A stretch of DNA of 64,000 bases from Octopus vulgaris (taxonomy: Eukaryota). The stretch spans positions 50,654,001 to 50,718,000 of the forward strand of contig OX597827.1 in the NCBI GenBank assembly GCA_951406725.2. Direction: 5' to 3'. The position numbers and the translations under genes are program-made. Shown here piece after piece: positions 53,218 to 64,000 of this stretch (the stretch's first letter is position 1; each line of letters starts with the position of its first letter). Below the pieces are notes generated by a model, which searched no databases, was not told the origin of the DNA, and was given only the letters and a program-made list of their open reading frames with translations.

Positions 53218-54124
53218 TTACATGATGCCAAATATATGTCAAAATGAACAAGGCTAAAGCATTGTAAGGGAGAATATGATCCAATAGATCGACATTACTG
53301 GAATTTAGTTTAGGAATATAATTTTGAACTTGGATCGAGAGGCAAACATCTAAATATATAGCGATCTTAGTATCTAGTTTCTAAATCATATATATATAAT
53401 TTAGAAACTTCGAGAGACTCGAAATTAATCGTTTCTAACAACTGATAGAGAAATTTAACAACGATTAGAAGAAATTCAAAGGATCGTTTTAGTCCAATTG
53501 TTGAACGTTTCACATGATTACAGAAGATGTGGGTTCGAGTTTCATACTCAGCCGTCTACTTCTTCCTTCCAAAGGTTTTTTTTTTACCCAGTATTTAGAC
53601 GCTATTATCTATAACTTTATCTCCTTCGAATTACACTATTAAACGTTAGTCATTTCATATCTCTCTATGTTTCTAAATTCTTAAACAACATATGAATGTT
53701 GCTGGGAAGGATAAAGCTTCTTAATTAGTTGGATATATTCTAAGGATTGCTTTCGTATACCGTTACAAAGACTATCAGGCTTATAGAAGATGGGGATTCA
53801 AGTCCCGTTGGCACCCTTTGACTTCCATTTAAGGGAAGGGGTGGTTATCCAAATCAACTTTATCAATTCTTGCTTTATCTTGGACTTATACCGTTAAAAA
53901 CGATTATTTTCTAAATTTTTATACCGTAAACAATACGTGTGTTTGCTTCTATGAATACATGTGTTTGTATTCCTTCTTTCCTGAGCGTCCAATAATATTA
54001 TATTTGTTCCACGTCCTTGCGTTGTTGTGTTTTTTTGTGCTTTCTTGTTTGGATTAACTTTATATATATATGGGAGGGTGAGTGTGTATGCGTTTGTGCA
54101 TTTATGCAAGTATGTAGTTACATA

Positions 54125-54975
54125 CAAGGTCTGATCAATAAGTATGCTGACTGTTGCCATAGTAACGAAGCAAAAGTGCGTAGAGAAAAGCCGCTTGGCA
54201 CAGATCGACCTTGAACCCTGCTGAGCATGTGCATTGTTCTAGCTCTCTTCTGCTGTTTACAGCAATGCTTGGAAGGAAGGTGTGTAGCGTGTGATCGTCG
54301 CATTGATCAAAACGGGGAAAGTTGTCAAGGCGATATCCGCTCAGAATCCAACGCAAAGTTACAGAAAGTATATGGGAAGGAGTGTTTGAACCGCACACAA
54401 GTGTAGGAGTGTTTTAGACATTTCCAGGGTGGCCGAAGATTTTCGATATTGTCGAACTTTCTAGGAGAACTGAAAAAAAGATCGCAGATGTGCGTGCAGC
54501 TGTGAGGGAAAATCGTCGAATCACCATCCATGAGTTATCAGAGGCTGTACAGATTAGTTACCATTCAGTTCAGTCCAATATCACTGAAGATTTGGGTATG
54601 AGATGAATGTCTGCCAAGTTTACTCAAAAACTGCTTTCAGCTGACCAAAGAGACACTCAGATTTCAGCTGCACAAGATCTTCTTTATTGTGTCGAGAACG
54701 ATGGAAACTTTTTAAAAACTTTGCGTAGGCCTCTGAGAAGGTATCGCCAAGCATTTCGCAAAATGTGATGCATCAACTTTCTCTGTCATGGTCAATGCGA
54801 CGATCACACGCCTTGTTTCCAAGCACTGCTGTAAACAGCGGAAGTGAGCTAGAATGTTAAAATTTCGTGCGCATGCACGGCAGAGTTCAAGGTCAATCTG
54901 TGCCAAGCGGCTTTACTCTGCGTGCTCCAGCTTCATTATTATAGCAATAGTTCGGATACTTATTGATCAGACACA
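54125..54975 (+). mobile_element. Mariner-derived element with ~240-bp inverted arms
   Basis: Arms 54125-54360 / 54717-54975 with TA flanks; centre encodes the transposase N-terminus (KVYGKECLNRTQV*ECF; RENRRITIHELSE...EDLGMR*MSAKF). Confidence 0.9.
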
Positions 54976-55469
54976 TATTTTACGCTACGAATTTTACACA
55001 AGTTATATAACCTCCCTCATCCGCCGAGATTTTCATCAGTGCTCTATTGTATTAACTTTGAATTACTTTTCACTGAAGTTTAAAAAATTTGGTTATATTA
55101 GTACCGTACTGTAATTAATTTTTTTCTCAAGATTTTCTATTATATTCACTCACTTCTCTCCTCTCCTTAAATTCGCACCTTTCCTCCTCTCTTTTTCGCC
55201 TCTCCAGTTTATTTTAGATTTTTTCTTTCTGTTTTCTTCCTTGAGTTTTTACGCTTTACGTCCCTCCTCGCATTCTTTTCTCCCTCGACAATGAAGGCGT
55301 CTTTGTACCAATGTTGTATTGTAATTATTCTTTTTCCAGTTCGCTTTCATTCTTCTATTAATTCTTCCTGAACTCACGTTTTTTTATTTTTCATTTTCCC
55401 TCGTTCATGTCTTGTTTCTATGTAGCACCGTCGCATACCCTTGCAAACACTTCAATCACATCTTCCACT

Positions 55470-56288
55470 GCCATCTTGCCTTTCCATCTTCCATCTTGCC
55501 TTTCCATCTTCCATCTTGCCTTTCCATCTTCCATCTTGCTTTTCCATCTTCCATCTTGCCTTTCCATCTTCCATTTTGCCTTTCCATCTTCCATCTTGCC
55601 TTTCCATCTTCCATCTTGCCTTTCTATCTTCTATCTTGCCTTCCCATCTTCCATCTTGCCTTGCCTTTCGATCTTCCATTTTGTCTTTCCATCTTCCATC
55701 TTGCCTTTCCATCTTCCATCTTGCCTTTCCATCTTCCATCTTGCCTTTCCATCTTCCATCTTGCCTTTCCATCTTCCATTTTGCCTTTCCATCTTCCATT
55801 TTGCCTTTCCATCTTCCATCTTGCCTTTCCATCTTCCATCTTGCCTTGCCTTTCCATCTTCCATCTTGCCTTTCTATCTTCCATCTTGCCTTTCCATCTT
55901 CCATCTTGCCTTTCCATCTTCCATTTTGCCTTTCCATCTTCCATTTTGCCTTTCCATCTTCCATCTTGCCTTTCTATCTTGCCTTTCCATCTTCCATCTT
56001 GCCTTGCCTTTCCATCTTCCATCTTGCCTTTCTATCTTGCCTTTCCATCTTCTATCTTGCCTTTCCATCTTCCATCTTGCCTTTCTATCTTGCCTTTCCA
56101 TCTTCCATCTTGCCTTGCCTTTCCATCTTCCATCTTGCCTTTCTATCTTGCCTTTTCATCTTCTATCTTGCCTTTCCATCTTCCATCTTGCCTTGCCTTT
56201 CCATCTTCCATTTTGTCTTTCCATCTTCCATCTTGCCTTTCCATCTTCCATCTTGCCTTTCCATCTTCCATCTTGCCTTTCCATCTTG
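55470..56288. repeat. 20-bp minisatellite (CCATCTTGCCTTTCCATCTT)n, roughly 40 units
   Basis: Seen directly; it has no stop codons on the + strand, which creates the three ~350-aa ORFs. Confidence 0.97.
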
Positions 56289-56651
56289 CACCAGCTCTCG
56301 CCGTCTTACTTCCACGCTTTCCTCACGCACACACACACACACACACATACACACACGCACAAAAACAAACACACACACGCGCGCATGCAAAACGATTACA
56401 CAAACACCAACGCCTCACACTGCTACTAAACCATGCCACTATAATTCTGCACTTCCACACCTGTACACATGTACATAAACCACTCGCCCCTTAAAACTAT
56501 CTGAAAATACAGATACACTCTTATATGTTTACTCACCAGCCCACTCCTCACGTTTTAATTCCCCCACAGAACCACATTTCGACCTTGCGCATAGTTTTTC
56601 AGTCGTCTTTTTTCTTTCCTTCAACATTTTCCCTATTTCACTCTCCTCCTA

Positions 56652-56700
56652 ATGCTTTTCTGATGAATGGCTAACACCCGAAACGCTGCGACTCTTTCCC
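56652..56700 (+). ncRNA. Degenerate hammerhead motif in a Penelope-type tail
   Basis: CTGATGA 56660-56666, a-tgg-ctaaca-ccc, GAAAC-gctgcg; cleavage site and stem I partner are missing. Confidence 0.4.
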
Positions 56701-56882
56701 TTCTTTGTGTTAACCCCCAATATTGTCTTTTTCTTTTTTGTACATTACATTTCAAATACGTCTGTGTTATTGTGAGTACATCTATTGTAATTTCATCCTT
56801 TCTAATTAAGTTTGAGTTTGAGTTTTACAATGACTATATGCAGAAAAAAACATTACAAACACACACACATGTAGTATGTAGG

Positions 56883-56919
<37 letters not shown>

Positions 56920-57574
56920 ACATATACATTTATGCACGTACGTATTTGTGTGCATATGTGTGTGTGTGTGTATTTATGTATGTATATACGTGTGTGAATG
57001 AATACATGCATCTATGTTTGTATTCATGTATGCATGCAGACGAATTACTGAGACAGGTTCATGATTCTTCGGTGAATACCGTTCTGACATTCGTGTTAAC
57101 GGGGGATTAAAACAAAACCCAGCGATGAAAGCGTTTACATTTCAATAATCTTCTCATCTACTCTGGCAGATTAGTAACAGAAACTTAACACGTATTAATG
57201 ATAGCTGTGTTGTTAAGATTAAATCGTTACATTTCTTAATCAACTGCTGAAATATGACACGTTGTCAAAATTACGATTCTCGGATGTAAGGGAAGTAACT
57301 GATAGAGAATCACCTTAACAAGAACTACACAATAAAATTTTATTAAATTAGTTTTTGCCTGGAGATGAAAGGGAAACAGAAACGCTACTTTCTAAAAGTT
57401 CGGGTTTAGAATAGCATATAGTTTCATAGGGAGACAAAAATGGCAATAACAATACGTATGAATGTATATATATATATATACATACATACACACACATACA
57501 TACAAACATACATACATACATACATACATACATACATACATACATACATACATACATACATACATACATACACA

Positions 57575-57811
57575 CAGCGGGGTGCAAAAGTAGGTATACA
57601 AATACTTAATTCATTAAAATTATTCGCACATTAAATTAGCTAGCCTCAGTTTTGATATTTTCAGTGTCATTAGTTTTAATAATACATTTATCACAACTAT
57701 AATAATAATAATTTTATAGTAACTTTTAATTTTTTTTTTTATAAAAAGATAAATTAGTATTATATGTGTTTTCTTTTTTCATAACTGTATAATTACTTTT
57801 GGATCACCCTG
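57575..57811. mobile_element. Tc1/mariner-type MITE
   Basis: TIRs cagcggggtgcaaaagtaggtataca / tgtataattacttttggatcaccctg-TA. Confidence 0.7.
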
Positions 57812-57879
57812 TATATATGAAGGCATAGAGAAATTGCTCGCTGCAGACACCTAGCTATAACGACGCGCAAAATCCGGTA

Positions 57880-58410
<531 letters not shown>

Positions 58411-58479
58411 GATATATACACACATTCCTACACACACACACACACACACACACTCATATATATATACTTTATTATTAAA

Positions 58480-58658
58480 GTTGTGATCCATTCCGGATCA
58501 CAACAGCCCGATGAACGGGACCGTAAAACTCTGAGTAGCAGTCTTTTGTGACATTTTTGTGATGCTTTGCAGCTTTAATAATAAAGCATATTACTCTATC
58601 TCCGGTATTCGAGTACTATTTTTTCCCATCTCGTTTCACATCTATGTGCTTACTTTGG

Positions 58659-58662
<4 letters not shown>
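58480..58662 (+). mobile_element. Penelope pLTR fragment, same family as 51000-51150, with decayed hammerhead
   Basis: CCGATGA-acgg ga ccgt-AAAAC-tctga-GTA-gcag; shared tail aataaagca.attactcta.ctc.ggtattcgagtactatttt; between TA tracts. Confidence 0.75.
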
Positions 58663-58727
<65 letters not shown>

Positions 58728-59695
58728 TGGACATGTAGTTACACATTATCAGTTCATTCATACTTACATTAGCTCGACCGATTCACTCACTATAGCACTC
58801 TTCATCCAATTTAAAGTACTTGGTTCTGTCCGAGCATTCATTTGTGTCTATTATACACCATTTTCTGACGTCGTGCCTAATATATATATAGATATATAGA
58901 TATATGAAAAAAAGAGTCAAGATAGAAAATGCTAAAATAATTTTATAAAAAACATTTCAGTACCGGTTTTCAGACATTGAGACTTTTTCAACTTTAAGTA
59001 TGGAAAACAATTAAATTTAGAAAAATCAAAGAAGTTTTTTAAAAATAATATTTGTATAGTGTTCAAATACAAGTGGCATTTTCCTTGTTTCTGCCTGTCT
59101 CTGTCTCTCTTGTTTACTCTTGTGGGTTCGAGGTTGTTGTGTATATGTGTGTGTGTGTGTGTGTACACATAAATAAGCATACTCACATGTCGATAAATAT
59201 ATATATAGATATGTGGACATTTACTAAGTTTTTAATGCTTCTAATCATTGGACTATGGCTGTAGCGCACTATCATTGTCAAGGTTTTTTTCGCAGTTATA
59301 TTTGCCCCAGTCATCATCGCAGTCTGTTATCTATCCTAATGATATCAATTTATTTGTTTATTTATTTATTAAGAGATTAAACTATTACCTTTGGGGGTAC
59401 AAGTTTGAAACTAAAACCACTCTGTTTTACGCTTTAACAGATATGTGCGCACACATACTCTCTCTCAATCTCTCCCACACGTTGAGACGCACACGCACAC
59501 ATCACACTCACACACATGATTTTGGGGTGTTTTGATATTTTACATATATAGAGTGATTAAACGTAATCTAATGCAGATAGTTCAAATAAGTCAGTGGAGT
59601 CGCACAGCAAAATGTGTGCATGTGTGTACGTGCGTTTCTGCATATGTAATGCCTCGGTACTTGCCCTAATATCGCCAGCCATATTTCTTTCTCTC

Positions 59696-59731
<36 letters not shown>

Positions 59732-59959
59732 CTATCAAATTTAATGTGATGACATCATTAATGTGACTAAGTGTCTTGCTATTACAAATGTCTCAAATCC
59801 ATAATCCTGCATTCAGATTTTCATTGACTGATATTTCAAAACGACATCTCTTCGCTTTTTCACCAACCACAACTTAAATTAACTTGCGGAAGCCTGGATC
59901 CTCTTTCTTCGATTGAACATCTATAAATAGCTGATGATTTCTTCCTCTGCCTAACTGAA

Positions 59960-60200
59960 TCTATGTATGACGTCCCATCATCCTCTCACTATTTGTTTTC
60001 TATAATTATGTCACACGCAAACACTATTAATGAAAATAAATATTTTCTTCCTCGTTCTACACAGATTTTCAACATGCTTCTCACGCGCTTCTCTTTGAAT
60101 GAACAATTTTTGCCCGCCATGCCAATAATTATTTACCTCTCTCAAATTCTACCTGCATGGATATTTTTATCGTTATGCGGTTCCTTAACTTTCCCATTTA
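59960..60200 (+). pseudogene. Possible LINE C-terminal remnant
   Basis: KYFLPRSTQIFNMLL resembles the SFFPRT...WN.LP end motif of CR1/L2/Jockey-type LINEs. Confidence 0.35.
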
Positions 60201-60221
60201 ACAGTTAATATTTCGTCCATT

Positions 60222-60480
60222 AAATGTGGTGAGCTTGCAGAATCGTTAGCATGCCGAGAAAGATGCTTGGCGCCATTTCGTCCGTCTCTACGTTTTTAAT
60301 TCAAATTCAACCGAGGTCGACTTTGTCTTTCATCAATGAAAATCGATTACATTGACCCAGTGCTCAACTGATATTTATTTTATTGACTCTGAATAGATGA
60401 AAGGCAAAGTCGACCTCGGCGAAATTTGAACTCAGAACGTAAAGACTGATGTAAATGCTCGTCCGATTCTGTCAACTCAT
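60222..60480. mobile_element. Inverted pair of SINE family A fragments
   Basis: + copy 60229-60334 and - copy ending at 60479 are reverse complementary. Confidence 0.85.
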
Positions 60481-60609
60481 TGTATACGTGTTGATGGGAC
60501 CTATGCACACGATGTTCTCTTTGCCACACATGTCGCATGTATAGAGAAAGCGTTTCAGTTCATGATAGAAAGAACAGTATCAAAATTAGGTTATATTTTT
60601 TCGAAGTGT

Positions 60610-61012
60610 GGCGGCGAGCTGGGCACGCCGGGCAAAATGCTTAGCAGTATTTCATCTGCCTTTACGTTCTGAGTTCAAATTCCACCGAGGTCGACTTTGC
60701 CTTTCATCCCTTCGGGGTCGATTAAATAAGTAACAGTTACGCACTGGGGTCGATATAATCGACTTAATCCGTTTGTCTGTCCTTGTTTGTCCTCTCTGTG
60801 TTTAGCCCCTTGTGGGTAGTAAATAAACAGGTATTTCGTCAGTCGTTACGTTCTGAGTTCAAATTCCGCCGAGGTCGACTTTGCCTTTCGTCATCTCGGG
60901 GTCGATAAATAAAGTACCACTTGCACACTGGGTCGATGTAATCGACTTAATCTCTTTGTCTGTCCTTGTTTGTCCTCTCTATGTTTAGCCCCTTGTGAGT
61001 AGTAAAGAAATA
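60610..61012 (+). mobile_element. SINE family A with tandemly duplicated body
   Basis: One head and two bodies; perfect 18-bp TSD tatattttttcgaagtgt at 60592-60609 and 61013-61030. Confidence 0.93.
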
Positions 61013-63289
61013 TATATTTTTTCGAAGTGTAAATATAATTAAAAATTACACCACAATAGCTAAGCCCACACATTTTCCTATTCTATGATAATGAAGCGAA
61101 TTGGTTTGAGCAGAAAAGGTCAAGAAAAAAGTGTATTTCAACAAATGATGTAGCATTCTTAGAATAAAATATTTAAGCCGCTTATATCTAGAAAAAATGT
61201 TTTTAACATTGTGTTATTAAATAAGGTTGAGAATTTATTTATGTCGGTAGGGGAAAATGATACTAGTATTGGTGATGCTATTATCGAGAAACGCAACTTC
61301 GATGTGATGAAGGGAGTGAGCTAATATACGGCACACGATATTTGTTCGCTATAAATAAATCAATTGTGCAGGTCGTTCGGCGAAGGCTGAACACTCATAC
61401 GTCGTCTTCGTCGGAGAGTCCGTCATTGTCGAGAAATGCAATCAGAAACTTAATTCGCCGATATTTTAAGTCTTGGTTGTGGTACGTTGCCGCGCGTATA
61501 AACAGCTGAGGTAGAAAAACATCGGATTGTAACTTTTTAATGTACCTCTATGGTCGAATTTTTTACGGAGTCAGTCATGCTATTTTCTTTTCTGGGAAGT
61601 TCATACAGTTAGTTGAGTATGTGTTTTTAAAACTTATCTTTTTTTACTTGAAATAAATATTAAATAATCCATTGCTGTTGTTGTTTCTACAAACGAATCT
61701 GAGGGGTTTTTTTCTTTTCTTTTGTTGAATTGGGAAAAATCAAATATAAAATTTGTAAATGTACTGATCTTTAAGGAAACACCTAAAATCAACTGGAAAT
61801 TTTACGAACTTTATTATCTGTTTTATTTAATTAGATCTTCCCCATTTCTCTGGAAGAATAAAAATCTCACTGAAAAAAAAAACAGTTGGTTCTTACAGTA
61901 GAAACACATACTGATAGAATAAATGGATTTCATTGTAATGATATCTAATGTATAATACGCTTGCTTGAAGCAGTATAGCAGTGTCGACTCTCAATTAAAT
62001 ATCTCCGGATTTTTTCTTAATAGATCTAGTATCTTCATTTGAATATTTTAAAAGGTCATCAATTTGCTTAGAAGCTTCTAATCATATTTAACCTTTTCTT
62101 ATTAACAAGGAGGGAATGGAAGAAATGTCACTGAAATTAAAGGAGTTTGATAAATGAAAACTTCCCAGTTAAGTTTACTCAACAAGATATTCCGCTATTG
62201 AATTCCATAATATTAGCAACAATTCCGGTTTACAAAAGATGAAAACTATAAAGTTATGAAATTCATGCCTTTCTTAGCGTCATTACTGATAGAAAGGAAG
62301 TCCATTTATTCCAAGAGAGAAATCATCAAACCACAGTCATTGTTTGTCAAGAATTTGCCACCAAATTCCGTTATTTGTTTCCTCTTACAAATAGAATCTT
62401 TGCATAAGTCAATCAACCTGCTAGAAATAGCATACATATTTTCTATAATCATATCCCACCGACTTAGAAATGAAGGTGACATTGCATAATGTATTCCTAT
62501 ATACACGATATACTGAAAACATTTGGTCGCGGTTTGAAGGTTTTTTTTATAAAAAATTTGTTTGATAAGAGCTGACCTAGGACTAAAGAGAAAACCAGCG
62601 ATGTATATCTCTAAATCGGTTATTTTTCTTCTCCCAATTTCATTATTTATTGCATATTTTCCATCTAATTTCCTTCTTTATTGCACATTTTGATGAAGAC
62701 ATTTCACAGATTCAACTACTCAAAAACTTCCTCTATCGCTTTCCATCTCTAATTTGCCTGCTCATTATTACCTCCACCAATCAAATACCTAATTCATTTC
62801 TTGAAGCATTATTTTTTTGTTATTTTATTCATTCTTTTTATATCATTACATGATATAAAAATCGTGGATCTCTACAAAAAGAAATCTCTTAAATGAACGA
62901 AATAAATTAAAGTTATCTTTAACTAAACGATGTTCTGCAGTTTAATTAAATAAACCACATGTGTTCAGCGCGCAGTTTGTGTAACATTGATATTAGGTTA
63001 TTAGATGAATCCGTATATATTTCTTCTTGATGTCCGTAAATTACTTTTTCTTCAAAACGTTTCCAGTATTCTAAAAGTATTCTTAAATCTTCTGAATTTT
63101 CTGCTGATTTGTACTGATTGAATTAGATTTGAAATTGAATAAATTAAACCTGTGAAGTCAATCTGTAAACATGAGTCGATCCGAATGAGAAAAAGCATAC
63201 AGCATCATGGAAACTATGACAATTCCTCCGTAAAAACAGCGAAGTTCGGTGAGCTGCAATGATACTCCAATATATTTGGATTCAATAAT

Positions 63290-63670
63290 ACAGAAAACAG
63301 TAGCTTTGTTCTGTTGTTCGATTGCGTGTTTTATGCTGTTCAGAATGATCTGGCAATACACTCTGCCTGGTTCGGATACATTTCTCCATCTGTAGCACTC
63401 AGTGAGTTTGTCTTTCTTGGGAATGCGTACAACTGCACCGTGTTCTCTAGTTCGCGGGTTCTTCCCTAGAGTTCCAGGCAAAGTTACGGAGCAGGCTTGT
63501 AAAACCAATACGCGCAACTGATTTCACTGATATGATTCTAGTCTTCAAGAGGTTGACTTCCTCAGAGACGATTTCACCAACGTCCTTCATACTGTCACCA
63601 ACAGGAGACGACTGTTGCCCCGACTGTTGCGATATTTTTGCACTTAGAACTGTTTTCAAATCTTGAGGGG
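63290..63670 (-). pseudogene. RTE-clade LINE reverse transcriptase fragment
   Basis: GAVVRIPKKDKLTECYRWRNVSEPGRVYCQIILNSIK matches G.IVKIPKKGDL..C.NWRGI.LLS.PGKV...IIL.RI. Confidence 0.8.
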
Positions 63671-64000
63671 TTTTTTTCTGGGGACTAAGTACCTACATGA
63701 AGCTCAACCACATTTAGGAAAGAGACTGTACATGGAGTTGTCTCTGGTTACTCTCGTCTATCACTGGGGGTTAAACGACAACAATAATACCAACCATGGC
63801 AAATCGTTAAGATAGTCTCTACATTTCGGTGACCCTACTAGAAATTGCAACCAGATCTCGTTTATATGAAACTTCGCTGTTTTAAAGATTAATGAATTCG
63901 ATAATGGCCCCCTAGTTAATGAAAATGACGAAAGTGAAATAGGGTTTATGTAAAAGAAAAGGTGTTACAGTTTGATTGATTAGTTCTGTACAATAGTTTT

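Noticed and set aside
53482-53555. tRNA gene-like sequence
   Set aside because: Only B-box/T-arm similarity with no full cloverleaf; probably a decayed SINE head. tRNA-like heads of SINE families A-D were likewise not called tRNA genes.
55470-56288. CRISPR-like array
   Set aside because: Repeats are contiguous with no unique spacers, and the context is eukaryotic.
55407-56494. Three 340-360 aa ORFs, the longest in the window
   Set aside because: They result from a stop-free 20-bp tandem repeat open in all frames; no coding signature.
63815-63860. ggtgaccc as a second LTR primer-binding site
   Set aside because: It lacks the TGG and belongs to a common short repeat (...cc.ctagaaatagcagcc...) seen elsewhere in the window.

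Overview
Eukaryotic, AT-rich, microsatellite-dense non-coding DNA with no intact protein-coding gene. The repeat families look like those of an octopus (coleoid cephalopod); this is an inference from recalled repeat types. It is probably intergenic DNA or part of a very long intron. It contains: (1) several tRNA-derived SINE families, some with clear 12-18 bp TSDs; (2) decayed DNA transposons (three mariners, a ZMYM1-like hAT, piggyBac, Merlin-type and other MITEs); (3) LINE fragments (R4/Dong, Tx1/L1, RTE); (4) a Gypsy-type LTR with a primer-binding site; (5) a 20-bp minisatellite. The most notable signal is a set of Penelope-like (GIY-YIG) retroelement remnants in (TA)n tracts that carry type I hammerhead ribozyme motifs. 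Three motifs have intact catalytic cores (2275-2371, 37361-37420, 51013-51058) and about six are variant or decayed, across several unrelated families. There is also a strong candidate recursive splice site (AG|GTAAGT at 21028-21035) and many fold-back structures. Nearly all ORFs in the supplied track are microsatellite or repeat artefacts. Coordinates of degenerate repeats are approximate.
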